A DNA stretch of 64,000 bases from Vulcanimicrobiota bacterium (GTDB taxonomy: Bacteria > Vulcanimicrobiota > Xenobia > Xenobiales > JADMJV01), in the NCBI GenBank assembly GCA_050250895.1, contig JBFWNU010000008.1, forward strand, positions 224,001-288,000, read 5' to 3'. Shown here in pieces: positions 48,920 to 59,216 of the stretch (position 1 is its first letter; each line of letters begins with the position of its first letter). The notes beneath the pieces were generated by a model. That model did not search any database. It was not told the origin of the DNA and saw nothing but the letters and a program-made list of their open reading frames with translations. The translations under genes and the position numbers were made by a program.

Positions 48920-49846
48920 ATGGCTCGGTGGCTGCGTGTTCTGTGGATGATGTTGCTGGTGAGCGGCGCCCTGCAGGCTCAGACCATCGGGGTGTTGTGT
49001 GCCGGCGAACTGGTCCTGGTCGAGGCGTCAGGACTTCGAGTTCGGGCCTCGGTGGGACCGCTGGGCTCGCCGCGCAGTCTGGCCGCCAGTCCCGATGGCA
49101 AGTTGTTGGCCGTCGGCAGTGACGATGACACCATCCATCTCTATTCGTTACCCGAGGGTAAGACCCGCGGGGCCATTCAGAACCCCTACCTCAAGGGGGC
49201 CGTGGGATTGGCTTTTTCGGCCGACGGTCACTCGTTGCTGGTACTTTCGGAAGGGGTCAAGGCACTCGTCGAGGTCGGTCTTGACGGTCAGATTCATCGC
49301 GTCCTTGGCCTCAATGGCCCCGCTCCGGTAACCTGGTCCGTCCAGGGATCCACTTTGCTAGTGGTGCAGCAGGCGGGCTGGGTGAGTCAGGTGAGTCTCG
49401 ACGGCTGGGAGACGGTGCGCCAAGACACGCTGGCTTTGCCGGTGGGGGGAGCCGCCCTGGCCGGGGAAGTGCTGGTCGTCAGCCACCCTGACCAGAGCCA
49501 GTTGCGACTTCTGGCCGGCGAGGATCGCCAGGAGTTGGCCAATCATGGGGTCGGGCCGGGGGCCAGGGCGGTGCAGGCCAGCCCCCACGGCGACCTGGTG
49601 GTCGTGATCAGTGAGTTGGCCGACTCGATCACGGCGGTCGACCCCAGCACGGGCAAGCTAGTTTGGAAGTCCGACACCGGAAAGCGCCCCCGAGACTTGC
49701 TCTTTTCTCGGGACGGAAAGTGGCTCTATGTGGCCAACCAGGAGAGTAGCGACCTGTCGGTCTTCGAGGCTGTCAGTGGGCGCGAACTCGGCAAGTTGCC
49801 TTTGCCGCCGGGCCCGCAGGCCTTGATCTGGATTCCTAGCCGCTGA
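48920..49846 (+). CDS. YncE/YVTN beta-propeller protein
   Basis: SPDGK, FSRDGKWLYVAN repeats; signal peptide. Confidence 0.85.
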   Translation: MARWLRVLWMMLLVSGALQAQTIGVLCAGELVLVEASGLRVRASVGPLGSPRSLAASPDGKLLAVGSDDDTIHLYSLPEGKTRGAIQNPYLKGAVGLAFSADGHSLLVLSEGVKALVEVGLDGQIHRVLGLNGPAPVTWSVQGSTLLVVQQAGWVSQVSLDGWETVRQDTLALPVGGAALAGEVLVVSHPDQSQLRLLAGEDRQELANHGVGPGARAVQASPHGDLVVVISELADSITAVDPSTGKLVWKSDTGKRPRDLLFSRDGKWLYVANQESSDLSVFEAVSGRELGKLPLPPGPQALIWIPSR

Positions 49847-50228
49847 GCCGGCGCACGACCTCTTCGGGGTAGTGCACGCGGAAGACCCAGGTCAGCTGAG
49901 CATCTTCGAGGCTGCTGGCGACATCAAGGTTCTCTTCGCCGAGAGCCATCGAGAAGAGCTTTCGCAGGCGCCGGCCCAGAGGCGTATTGAGGGTGCGCAG
50001 ATGGTAGCGCACCGGTCTTAGACCGTGCACCTGCACCTGAACCGGTTGGATCTGTTGCCCCTGGCGGGCCATCAGTTCGAGCACCGGTGTGGCTTTGCGC
50101 CGCAGGGCAATCACGAAGTTGACCTCGCAGGGCGGCTCGCCTTTAATCACGCCCTGGAGTTTCTTGAGGAAGTGCTGTTCGACACGGCTAAACCGGCTGA
50201 ACATCCCGGACTGTTTTGGACTCTCCAT
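49836..50228 (-). CDS. Hypothetical protein
   Basis: Last gene of the rph operon. Confidence 0.65.
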   Translation of the reverse strand: MESPKQSGMFSRFSRVEQHFLKKLQGVIKGEPPCEVNFVIALRRKATPVLELMARQGQQIQPVQVQVHGLRPVRYHLRTLNTPLGRRLRKLFSMALGEENLDVASSLEDAQLTWVFRVHYPEEVVRRLSG

Positions 50229-50236
50229 GCTCAGCT

Positions 50237-50731
50237 CTATGTTCGACCCTCAGCGCCGGCATCCTCGCCCGGCTCATAGAGGTGAATAGCCGCGACTTTG
50301 GCCGGGCCGGCCAGGATCAGAAGCGAGATCCCCTGGCTGGGATAATCGAGGAAGTAGTGGGTCTTGTCCTCGCCGGCCGGACGACGAGTGGCCGGACCCA
50401 ACAGGCGGACCGCCTGGGCCTCTTTCTGCCAGAGGTGCAGGCCTGATGGACTTTGCCAGGGGCCGCTTTCGATACCGATGCGAACGATTTTGCCCGAGTC
50501 TACCAACAGCCAGAGGCCCTGCTCGGGATATTCGAAGTAGACGGCGGGAACCTCGCCTTTTTTGGCCGGCGCGACGCGACGGCGAGGTTGGCCCCAGGCT
50601 TTGACCACCGCCTGGGTGGTGTCACCCAGGCGAGCTGGACCGGCAGCCTGCCCGGCTTCGAAAGTTAGGTTTCGGCCGGCCAGGGCGGGGTAGGTCATCA
50701 GCGCCAACAGAAGGACGCCGAGTCGTTTCAT
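50237..50731 (-). CDS. Secreted hypothetical protein
   Basis: Signal peptide; two YPxxG repeats. Confidence 0.75.
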   Translation of the reverse strand: MKRLGVLLLALMTYPALAGRNLTFEAGQAAGPARLGDTTQAVVKAWGQPRRRVAPAKKGEVPAVYFEYPEQGLWLLVDSGKIVRIGIESGPWQSPSGLHLWQKEAQAVRLLGPATRRPAGEDKTHYFLDYPSQGISLLILAGPAKVAAIHLYEPGEDAGAEGRT

Positions 50732-51471
50732 CGGGCGTAAAGGGTGCGGTGGGCGGCGACCACCATGTTGAGTTCGGTGACCAGTTGTTCAGACTTCTGT
50801 CGCAGGGTGGGGTCGTCGGTGAGCCAGCGCCGCTGCAGCAGAAAGACGGCCCGGCTACTCAGCAGGGCCTCGAAGTGAGCCGGCGAGGTGCTGCCCTGCT
50901 CGAGGGCCAGGCGCAGGCCGCGACTCGACTCCGCCAGCCCCAACAGAGCTCTGCGAGCCTCATTGTCGACCCCTCCCGGCTGCAGCGGGCGGTTTCGAAT
51001 GGCCGCCCACAGGTCTTGAGAGAGAGCCTCCGCCTGGCGACTGGCGTTGACCAGGGTGCCCCGATCGTAACTGGGCTCGGGCGGGGGGAGCTGGCTGCCC
51101 ACCTGACTGGCGCCCACCGGAGGCAGGTCGAGATTGATGCCCCGGGTGGCGGCCAGGGCCACCGCCCGCTGTTCGAACGCCAGCATCTGGGAGGCGGCCG
51201 CTCCGGCGTTGGGGTCACTCCAGTAGAGGCGGCGGGTCTGCGAGAAGAAGCGCAGCAGCGAGTTGATATCGTTGTCGGTGCCGGTGGCATATCGTTGACC
51301 GGCGTCGGCCAGGATCCTGAGTCGATAGACTACATTGGTGGGCAGCCGGCCGTTGGCTGCTTCAGCCGTGTTCTGGGCCGTCTGCGCAAAGACTACGGCC
51401 TCGGGGCTGGCCGCCCCGACCGGGCCGGCTAGCAGCAGAACCAGGGCCAGCATGCACAGCTTTCGCATCAA
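50728..51471 (-). CDS. Secreted hypothetical protein
   Basis: Signal peptide; coupled to rph. Confidence 0.75.
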   Translation of the reverse strand: MMRKLCMLALVLLLAGPVGAASPEAVVFAQTAQNTAEAANGRLPTNVVYRLRILADAGQRYATGTDNDINSLLRFFSQTRRLYWSDPNAGAAASQMLAFEQRAVALAATRGINLDLPPVGASQVGSQLPPPEPSYDRGTLVNASRQAEALSQDLWAAIRNRPLQPGGVDNEARRALLGLAESSRGLRLALEQGSTSPAHFEALLSSRAVFLLQRRWLTDDPTLRQKSEQLVTELNMVVAAHRTLYAR

Positions 51472-52199
51472 GCGATTTCAACCCCGCTGGCCGCCAGGGT
51501 GTTTCGCTGCAATTCGAACAGTTTCTCGAGACCGACCCAGCCCGCTTCGATCATCTGGTCGAGTTGCTTTCGGGTAAAGGTCTTTTCCTCGGCAGTGCCC
51601 TGGACTTCGACCAGGCGCCCGTTCGAGGTCATCACCAGATTGAGGTCGACATCCGCCCCGGCATCCTCTTCGTAGTTGAGGTCGAGCAGAACGACCTCGT
51701 CTCGGATACCCAGGCTCACGGCCGCTACCTGCTCGGGCAGGGGCCACTTCTTGAGCTTGTTCAGCTTGCGCAGCTTATCACAAGCCAGAGCCAGGGCCAC
51801 CCACGAGCCGGTGATGGCGGCGGTGCGCGTGCCGGCGTCGGCCTGAATCACGTCGCAATCGAGAATGATCTGTCGCTGACCCAATTTGGGCAGGTCGGTC
51901 ACCGCTCGTAAACTGCGGCCGATCAGCCGCTGAATCTCGTGGGTGCGACCGTTGGCACGGTTGTTGTCGCGCCGAGTCCTGATCTGGGTCGCCCGCGGCA
52001 GCATGGCATACTCGGCGTGGACCCAGCCGCGATTTTGCTCGAGCAGCCAGGCCGGAACCCGATCTTCTACGGAGGCGGCGCAAAGCACCCGGGTATTGCC
52101 GCTGATGGTCAGGACCGATCCTTCGGCGTAGGGAGCGTAGCCTGGCTCCAGGGCCCAGTGGCGAAGCTGGTCGGGTTTTCTTCCGTCGGCACGTTGCAT
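51468..52199 (-). CDS. rph: Ribonuclease PH
   Basis: RADGR, AEYAMLPRAT, EIQRLIGRSLRAV, DCDVIQADAGTRTA. Confidence 0.97.
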   Translation of the reverse strand: MQRADGRKPDQLRHWALEPGYAPYAEGSVLTISGNTRVLCAASVEDRVPAWLLEQNRGWVHAEYAMLPRATQIRTRRDNNRANGRTHEIQRLIGRSLRAVTDLPKLGQRQIILDCDVIQADAGTRTAAITGSWVALALACDKLRKLNKLKKWPLPEQVAAVSLGIRDEVVLLDLNYEEDAGADVDLNLVMTSNGRLVEVQGTAEEKTFTRKQLDQMIEAGWVGLEKLFELQRNTLAASGVEIA

Positions 52200-52296
52200 T
52201 TGGGTCGGTTCAGCGACTGCTCGGCGGCTCCTGCCACTGCCGCGTACATCAAAAAGGCGACCCGGAGGGCCGCCTTCTGAGGACTTCTAAGTCTAA

Positions 52297-53097
52297 TTAC
52301 TGGACGTCGGGGAGTTCGACAGCCACCAGTTCGTCTTCGGTGTTGGGAACCCACTCGACGAAGGATACGGCGCCTTCGCGCTGGTTGAGGTTGGCGCTGA
52401 CCACCTGCACGTCACGGACGTGCCAGGCTTTGTCGGAGCCTTCGAGGCGGAATTGGAGCACCAGGGGATAGACGGTGGGATCATTGCCGAGGGTGCCGTA
52501 GAAGCCGGCCTGGGCGACGTAGTCGTTGCCGACTTTGCGAAGAGCCGGGTGCGAAGCCATCCAGGTGTTCCAGTTGCGGTCAGCCAGTTCGTCGGAGACC
52601 TGGAACTTGCCGTCGAAGGACTTGGCCTGGACATACATCGCAAGGTCTTCCATCACGTAGCTGGTGACTGGAATTTCGTTGGGCTGGATGGGGGTGAAGT
52701 GGCGCTTGTAGTTGTTGAAATATCTCGAGCCCTGGGCCAGAACCTGGGACGACGGGCGCGACCGGAGGGAAGCGCCGAGTCGGGCGTTGATGGTGCGGCC
52801 GGCGGTGGTGCGAGTGGCCAGATTGGTCTCGTTCAGGCGGGTAGGGATACGGTTGAGTTGGCCGGGCGTCCGAAGCAGGATGCGGGCCTTCTGGAATTGA
52901 GGATAGCGGAAGTAAGGCTTGACCAGTTTGTAGCGACGGGAGACGTTGAAATTGTTGTTGATGCGTCCGGCGGCGGCACGGGCACCCTGTTCCAGGCGGG
53001 ATTCGGTGACCATTCGGCCTTCATTGTTGTCGTCGGCGCTGGCGCCAAAAGTCAGAATGGCGATGATCAGAGTTGTCAGCAGAGTCAGTTTTCGCAT
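52297..53097 (-). CDS. Secreted hypothetical protein
   Basis: Signal peptide, GGGAG RBS, downstream hairpin at ~52251-52278. Confidence 0.8.
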   Translation of the reverse strand: MRKLTLLTTLIIAILTFGASADDNNEGRMVTESRLEQGARAAAGRINNNFNVSRRYKLVKPYFRYPQFQKARILLRTPGQLNRIPTRLNETNLATRTTAGRTINARLGASLRSRPSSQVLAQGSRYFNNYKRHFTPIQPNEIPVTSYVMEDLAMYVQAKSFDGKFQVSDELADRNWNTWMASHPALRKVGNDYVAQAGFYGTLGNDPTVYPLVLQFRLEGSDKAWHVRDVQVVSANLNQREGAVSFVEWVPNTEDELVAVELPDVQ

Positions 53098-53192
53098 TTG
53101 TTGTCTCCCTTAGTTGAAGTCCTTATACCCCTACTATAGGGAGATATGCTTAACATTTTCTTAAAAGACCGTGAAATTATGTTAAACCTGCG

Positions 53193-54233
53193 TTACAATC
53201 CCCTTAAATAATTTTCAATTTCCGGCTGGGTGAGAACCCGATCCGACTTCTTGGCTGCGGCTAGAACCGCTTGAACCTGGGCCTCCGTCGCGTCGTGGCC
53301 ATGGCGTTTCAACCAGTAGACGACATTGGAAGCGCCCGCCATCGGACCGACCTCGATAATCTGCTCGAATCCAAAAAGGCTGGCCGGTACTCCCGAATAG
53401 ATGGCGTCGGCCAGTTCGACGTCGCCCTTAGACTCGGCCTTGACGATGGCGGCCGCGTGGACTCCGGTCCCGGTCCGAAACGCGTCGGTGCCCACCACCG
53501 GATAGTTGGCGGGCACCGAGAAGCCCAGCCCGTCGGCCAGGCTCTGACTGACCTCTTTGAGGTTGGTTAGCGACTGCCGGATGGCGCCTAGCAGTCGCAG
53601 GTTGGTCAGGGCAAGTTCCGTGGCGGGTCCACCCGTCCCCGGCCCCAGGCCAAAAAAGCTCGTGTGGAGACGGCCGGCTCCCGACAGCAGAGCTACCAGA
53701 CCGTTGGACTGGGCCAGTCCGCACGCGTTGGAGCCCCACCATTCCAGGCGGGTGGTGAAGTCGAGCATCTCGAGGCCTTCCTGGCAGAAGCGCAACAGGT
53801 TTCGCACCCCGTGTTCCTGGGCCAGTCCGTCCGGGTCGGTCAGGCAGATCCCTTCGGCCTTTTGGCTGGCGGCTGCGGCGAGCGCCCGAGTAAGTTGTTC
53901 GGGGGCGAGCCGAGGCCCATCCTCGACCACAACCACCGTAGGGCCGTCACGGGGCGGGCCGGTCTGACGCCAGTCCAGCAAAAGGCCCACCCCGGCCGGA
54001 GCCTGCTGGCCAAAGACCCAATAGGTAACGCCTTCGGGGGCCGGCGCGGCCAATAAGGGCGAGGTGATTGGCAGGCTGATATTGTCGACGCCGAGGCTGG
54101 CCAGTGCGCTGACCACCGCGCCGGGGTCGTCGAGGTCGGGCGCAAACTCGAGGGTTCGATCCAGCAAGCTTACCGTCGGCCACTCGAGGCTGGGTAGTCG
54201 TTCCGTGTTCCAGTCGTAAATGAGCTCGTTCAT
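53193..54233 (-). CDS. LeuA/homocitrate-synthase-like paralog with degenerate TIM barrel and intact C-terminal subdomain
   Basis: DRTLEF replaces DETLRDG; WWGSN replaces HGH; retains DAFRTGTGVHAAA...IYSGVP. Confidence 0.8.
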   Translation of the reverse strand: MNELIYDWNTERLPSLEWPTVSLLDRTLEFAPDLDDPGAVVSALASLGVDNISLPITSPLLAAPAPEGVTYWVFGQQAPAGVGLLLDWRQTGPPRDGPTVVVVEDGPRLAPEQLTRALAAAASQKAEGICLTDPDGLAQEHGVRNLLRFCQEGLEMLDFTTRLEWWGSNACGLAQSNGLVALLSGAGRLHTSFFGLGPGTGGPATELALTNLRLLGAIRQSLTNLKEVSQSLADGLGFSVPANYPVVGTDAFRTGTGVHAAAIVKAESKGDVELADAIYSGVPASLFGFEQIIEVGPMAGASNVVYWLKRHGHDATEAQVQAVLAAAKKSDRVLTQPEIENYLRGL

Positions 54234-55174
54234 CTCACCGCCTCGGCCGGTTGCAGCGGCCAGTTCTTCGGGATTTCGACTTCGCAGTGGCGAGCCACCG
54301 CGGCCACATAGTCGGGCAGCCGGGTGAGATCGTTGTGGATGATGCCGAGCCGGTTCAGGTTGAGCAACAGAAGCTCCATCGGGGTGTTGCCAACTCGCTC
54401 TCCAATGCCCAGGCCGGTGCCGTGGATGCGGTCGGCTCCCGCCGCCAGGGCGGCCAGGGTGTTAGGCACCGACAGACCCCGGTCGCGATGCCCGTGCCAA
54501 TCGATGGCGACCTTTTCGCCCGTTTCGGCCACGATTTTTCGCATGAAACGAACCAGTGCCGCCACCCCTCGGGGGGTAGCGTGGCCGACGGTGTCACAAA
54601 GGCAGATGCGGCAGGCGCCGCATTCGATCGCGGTGGTATACAGCCGCCTCAAGGTCTCGGGTCGCGAGCGGACCGTGTCTTCGGTGACATACATGACCTC
54701 GAGCCCGCGCTCGACGGCGTAGGTGACCGCTTTCTCGGTGGTGCGCAGCAGATGGTCCACATCCCACCCCTCGGCATACTGGCGGATGGGGCTCGAGCCA
54801 ATAAAGAGGTCAGCCTCGAGCGTCTTGCCGGTGGCGTCGGCGATGGCTACGATAGGGTCGATATCGACCGGCAGCGTGCGGCCGGCACAAGAGGGCTTGA
54901 GTTTGAGCCTGTGGTCGACAATCTCCTGGACGATGCGCAAGACATCGGCCTGGGCTCTGGGCCCGGCACCGGGCAGGCCGACATCGGCGCCGTGGATGCC
55001 CAGCGCTTCCATCAAATGCAGAATCTCGAGCTTGGCCTCGATGGGGGGATCGGTCACCGACGGGCACTGCAATCCGTCGCGCAGAGTTTCGTCCTGGAAT
55101 TGCACTCGGGTGCGCAGCCCGAACAGGGCCGCCTGGGGCTGGTTCCAATCGTAGTGGTCATGCATGCCAGGCAA
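54230..55174 (-). CDS. LeuA/homocitrate-synthase-like DRE-TIM catalytic barrel, C-terminally truncated
   Basis: DETLRDGLQ, CDTVGH, WHGHRDRG, GIGERVGN; ends at IPKNWP. Confidence 0.9.
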   Translation of the reverse strand: MPGMHDHYDWNQPQAALFGLRTRVQFQDETLRDGLQCPSVTDPPIEAKLEILHLMEALGIHGADVGLPGAGPRAQADVLRIVQEIVDHRLKLKPSCAGRTLPVDIDPIVAIADATGKTLEADLFIGSSPIRQYAEGWDVDHLLRTTEKAVTYAVERGLEVMYVTEDTVRSRPETLRRLYTTAIECGACRICLCDTVGHATPRGVAALVRFMRKIVAETGEKVAIDWHGHRDRGLSVPNTLAALAAGADRIHGTGLGIGERVGNTPMELLLLNLNRLGIIHNDLTRLPDYVAAVARHCEVEIPKNWPLQPAEAVR

Positions 55175-55248
55175 CTTAGTGGTCGTGGCCGCAATTCCTC
55201 GCGTGTCCGTGAGCAGGGACCCGTCCCGGGCCTCCCGTAGCAGATGGG

Positions 55249-55512
55249 ATGGGAATCGAGCTTAGTGACGAGCGAATTCGTCGAGAAATGTCCGATCTGA
55301 CCTCGGATCTGGTGCAGCTCTTCGAGGCCAAGTATCCACCCCTCTATAACTTTATGGAGGGTCTACCCGAAGACAAGCTCATCGATCTGATGATCGAACT
55401 CTGTGATGTCTTCGATCTCTATCGCGAGTTGACCGCCGAGGTGGCCCGTATCTACAAAGAGCATCGCATGTTCACCGGTTCGCTGGAAGACCGCGACTGG
55501 CCCGAGAATTGA
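55249..55512 (+). CDS. Hypothetical protein
   Basis: ORF in an operon with cutA. Confidence 0.7.
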   Translation: MGIELSDERIRREMSDLTSDLVQLFEAKYPPLYNFMEGLPEDKLIDLMIELCDVFDLYRELTAEVARIYKEHRMFTGSLEDRDWPEN

Positions 55513-55519
55513 GGAGAGA

Positions 55520-55846
55520 ATGTCGGATTACCGTGTCTGTTTGATCACCTTCCCCGAACTGGAAAAGGCGCGCGAGTTCGCGCGAGCCCTGGTCGAAAGA
55601 CGTCTGGTGGCGTGTGTCAACATCGTGCCTCGGATCGAATCCTTCTATTGGTGGAAGGGCGAGATTCAGCAAGATGGAGAGGTCTTGCTGGTGCTCAAAA
55701 CCGTGGTTGACCGCCTGGAAGAGTTCGTGGCTACGGCCCAGGAGCTGCACCCCTACGAGGTGCCCGAGGTGCTTTGTCTCGAGGTGGAACGCGGCAATCA
55801 ATCCTATTTAGACTGGTTGACCGACTCCACCCGACCAGCGGTTTAA
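55520..55846 (+). CDS. cutA: Divalent-cation tolerance protein CutA
   Basis: LVACVN, SFYWWKG, HPYEVPE, YLDW. Confidence 0.96.
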   Translation: MSDYRVCLITFPELEKAREFARALVERRLVACVNIVPRIESFYWWKGEIQQDGEVLLVLKTVVDRLEEFVATAQELHPYEVPEVLCLEVERGNQSYLDWLTDSTRPAV

Positions 55847-56009
55847 CTATACTCAAATATATCTACAGGATGAACAGGATTCTAGCGGGCTTGAGCGCGG
55901 CCTCGCTGTGAGCCCTCTCCGCCTCGGTGTCACCGACAGCTCTGAAGCGGATTGCTAGACTAACACCTGTGTTAAGGGGCCTCAGGGCTCCACCTGGAAG
56001 GAGTATTCC

Positions 56010-56249
56010 ATGACTTACGTTATCACCGAGCCTTGCATCGGGGTGAAGGACGCTGCCTGTGTCGAGGTTTGCCCGGTGGATTGTATCCATACCAGCGACG
56101 ACGCCAACCAATACTACATCGACCCCGATGAGTGTATCGATTGTGGCGCTTGCGTTCCCGTCTGCCCGGTCGAGGCTATCTTCGCCGACGACGACGTTCC
56201 GGATGGGCAGGACAAATATCTCGAGATCAACAAGAATTTCTTCTCGTAG
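56010..56249 (+). CDS. 7Fe/8Fe-type ferredoxin
   Basis: [30 protein letters not shown]; terminator at 56267-56295. Confidence 0.96.
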   Translation: MTYVITEPCIGVKDAACVEVCPVDCIHTSDDANQYYIDPDECIDCGACVPVCPVEAIFADDDVPDGQDKYLEINKNFFS

Positions 56250-56404
56250 CCAGGCTGGCAGCGTTTGAAAAGGCCCGCACAAAGCGGGCCTTTTCGTTTA
56301 CTTGAAAAGGTTCACGACCAGGAATGCGAGGTTTGGCGGCAAACGCTACGGGAATACTTTTCAACCGGGGCCAGAGGCGCCGTATCGAACTAGGAGGCGA
56401 CTGC

Positions 56405-58444
56405 TTGTCACGCCCTTGGAGCCAGCTCATTTGCTGCCTGGTCCTATTGCTCGCGGCAGTGGGTTGGGCCGACACGCCCGAGCTGGTGTTGCTCGAGGCC
56501 GAGAAAGTGCGGCGGGTGGGTGACATTACCATCGCCGAAGGCAACGTCACCGCTGAAGTGGGTGGCGTTCGCTTGGATTGCCAGCGGCTCGAGTATAATA
56601 CCACCACCCAGTTCCTGCACGCCGAGCGCGAGTGCATTTTCTACTGGGGCAACAACTATGCCACCAGCGAGGAGCTCACCTATGACGCCCTCAACAATCG
56701 GGCCGAGATGACCGACGCGGTGGGCAAGGGCACAGACCTGGTCCACCACAACCGGTTGGTCGAGAACCCGCTTTTTTTCTGGGCCGAGAAGCTGGTCTGG
56801 ACCCCCGAAAAGGTGGAGTTGGAAGAGGCCGTGGTCACCAGTTGTGACACCAACGCCGAAGAACTGCACTACTATGTCGAGTCGGAGAAGATCGAGGTCT
56901 ATCCCCAGGACAAGATGGTAGCCACCAACAGCAGCATCAACATGCACGGCAACAAGCTCTATACCGTGCCCACCCTGGTGGTCCCGCTCGAAGACCAGTC
57001 CGAAAAGCAGCAGACCTATTTTCCCTCGGTCGGGTACAACAAGCTCGACGGAGCCTTCTTGCGCAATCGTTTTGACTACTATTTCGACAAGCGCAATTAC
57101 GGCACGCTCAACTTTGACCTCTATCAGCGCTCGGGCCTCGGCGGCGGCATCGACCACTTCTTTTCGCTCGGTGAGCGCGGCGGGGGCAACCTCTTCTATT
57201 ACACTCAGAACGGACGCCAGAGCGCGCGCAATCGGTCCGAACTGCGGGCCAACGCCTATTACAGCCTCGATGAGTTCAGCAACATCGGAGTGGCCTACAA
57301 CTCGAACCAGTTCGAGTTGCCTGGCGAGGTCTCGACTCAAAACGAGGCGGCGGCCATCAATTTCTCGCGCTACACCGAAGAGAGTGCCCTGGTGTTGGGG
57401 GCCAACTTCGCTCGCAGCGGTGACAATCGCAACTCCTCCTATCGATTCTTCTACAACGTGAATCTCGACGACCGCTGGTCAGGATTACTGGCCGCCGACC
57501 TGTCGCGCTCGGGCACCCTGGTCACCGAAACCAGTCGTTTCCACTATCTGGGCTCGCTGCGCCATCGCGGCGACCTGTTCGATGGCGAGCTGGCCTATGA
57601 GCGTTCAGGGGGACAGAACACGTTCTTTCTCAATCGCGAGCCCGAACTGCGCCTGAAAACAAAGCAGCTCTATCTAGGGCCGGTGCCGGTGCAGGTGGCC
57701 GGGGCCTTCGGTTCCCTCGAAGAGGGTCCTAGTTTCTTCAGGACCGAGCGCTATCGCCTGGACTTTCAGGTGCCCGATCAAGAGATCGAGACCGGTCTGG
57801 GCAATTTTCACGCTGGGGCCGGCCTTCGTCAGACCCTCTATGGTAGTGGCCAGGAGCAGTATGTGTTGGGGGCTCGGGCCGGTTGGACCGAGACCTTCGG
57901 CGACCACGCCCTGGCGCGACTCGACTACAATTGGCAAAAGCCCGAGGGGTTCACGCCTTTTCAGCACGATGTGGCCTACTCCTACGAGACCCTCACCGGC
58001 GGCCTCGAGCTCTACAATGACGAGTATTGGAGCGTGTCGGCGCTAGCTGGTTATGATCTGCGCTATGAGGTCGCTCAGGACGTCATCGCACGCCTGGACC
58101 TTCGCCCCTGGGAGGGGTGGCAGGTGACGGCCACCGCCAACCTAGACCCCAATACGGGGACGTGGCGCCGGGTCGACTCGGGAGTCACGATGCAACTGAC
58201 TCCCGGGGTCTCGGTGACCCATTGGAGTGTCTATGACCTGCTCAACGGCCGTTTGACCTACCAGAACTTCGCCCTCAACTACGAGGACCACGACTGGATC
58301 GCCAGTTTGGCCTATCGCGGGGTGCAAAACGAGGTGTTCCTGCAGATGTCGCTCAAGGCGTTTCCCATTCGCCCGCTCAAGATCGGCCCCGATCCTGGTC
58401 AGCCGGTCCTGCCCGCCAACCTCAGCAACGCCTTTGTCAGATAG
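56405..58444 (+). CDS. LptD-like outer-membrane assembly protein
   Basis: Jellyroll N-domain with TSCD motif, aromatic beta-strand C-domain; AGGAGG RBS. Confidence 0.8.
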   Translation: MSRPWSQLICCLVLLLAAVGWADTPELVLLEAEKVRRVGDITIAEGNVTAEVGGVRLDCQRLEYNTTTQFLHAERECIFYWGNNYATSEELTYDALNNRAEMTDAVGKGTDLVHHNRLVENPLFFWAEKLVWTPEKVELEEAVVTSCDTNAEELHYYVESEKIEVYPQDKMVATNSSINMHGNKLYTVPTLVVPLEDQSEKQQTYFPSVGYNKLDGAFLRNRFDYYFDKRNYGTLNFDLYQRSGLGGGIDHFFSLGERGGGNLFYYTQNGRQSARNRSELRANAYYSLDEFSNIGVAYNSNQFELPGEVSTQNEAAAINFSRYTEESALVLGANFARSGDNRNSSYRFFYNVNLDDRWSGLLAADLSRSGTLVTETSRFHYLGSLRHRGDLFDGELAYERSGGQNTFFLNREPELRLKTKQLYLGPVPVQVAGAFGSLEEGPSFFRTERYRLDFQVPDQEIETGLGNFHAGAGLRQTLYGSGQEQYVLGARAGWTETFGDHALARLDYNWQKPEGFTPFQHDVAYSYETLTGGLELYNDEYWSVSALAGYDLRYEVAQDVIARLDLRPWEGWQVTATANLDPNTGTWRRVDSGVTMQLTPGVSVTHWSVYDLLNGRLTYQNFALNYEDHDWIASLAYRGVQNEVFLQMSLKAFPIRPLKIGPDPGQPVLPANLSNAFVR

Positions 58445-59171
58445 CCACCACTTCGAAGCGGGCGATGTCGAAATTGAGGGTGGGGAAGTTGACGGGCAAT
58501 CCACCCTGGGTCACGAAATCGTTGATGGGATCAATGGGATAACTCTGGGGTAGGGGAGTGATGGCTCCGTCCCCTTTGCGCACCGTGATGGTCTGAGCCG
58601 AGTTGCTGTTGATATTGGGACCCTGGCCCAGCGTGTCGATGAGACGCCCGATCAGACCGCCCTGGAAGTTGTCGCTGGTCAGGGCGTGGGCCGTGAAGGT
58701 ATTGCCCACGATAAACTGATTCAAGAAATTGGTGGATTCGCCGATATCGAGGACTACCTCGATGGTCTTGCCGTCGGGGCTGATGGTAGCCGCCGAGTTG
58801 AGGCTGCCCACCTGCACGAAGTTGAAACCAGGATTGGGCTGGTTGGCCTGCCGGTGGAACCAGTCGAAGTTGGTGCCGTCAAAACGAATGAAATCGGTGA
58901 ACGTATCGAGATCGGTGGCTTCGATGGCCTGGCCGTTGGCGTTGAGCAAGATGATGTAGTAGCCCTGTCCGCTCCGATCGACGGTGGCGTTGGGGTTGAC
59001 GCTCAGGCGAAAGACCAGCAGGCGACGCCCGGACGTGCCCGCCGAGTTGCTGCCGTCTTCGCTATTGTTGGGGCCGCTGGAGCCAGCGCTGGCGCAGCCC
59101 AGGAGCGTGGCTAAGGAAAGAGCTAAAATCCAGTGTTTCACGGGGGGGCGGTTCTGGAGGTGGGGAATCAT
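58437..59171 (-). CDS. Lipoprotein
   Basis: Lipobox LLG-C. Confidence 0.8.
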   Translation of the reverse strand: MIPHLQNRPPVKHWILALSLATLLGCASAGSSGPNNSEDGSNSAGTSGRRLLVFRLSVNPNATVDRSGQGYYIILLNANGQAIEATDLDTFTDFIRFDGTNFDWFHRQANQPNPGFNFVQVGSLNSAATISPDGKTIEVVLDIGESTNFLNQFIVGNTFTAHALTSDNFQGGLIGRLIDTLGQGPNINSNSAQTITVRKGDGAITPLPQSYPIDPINDFVTQGGLPVNFPTLNFDIARFEVVAI

Positions 59172-59216
59172 TCCTTCCCGACAGGAGCCGGACGGGCCCG
59201 GAAGGAAAAGGCGAAG

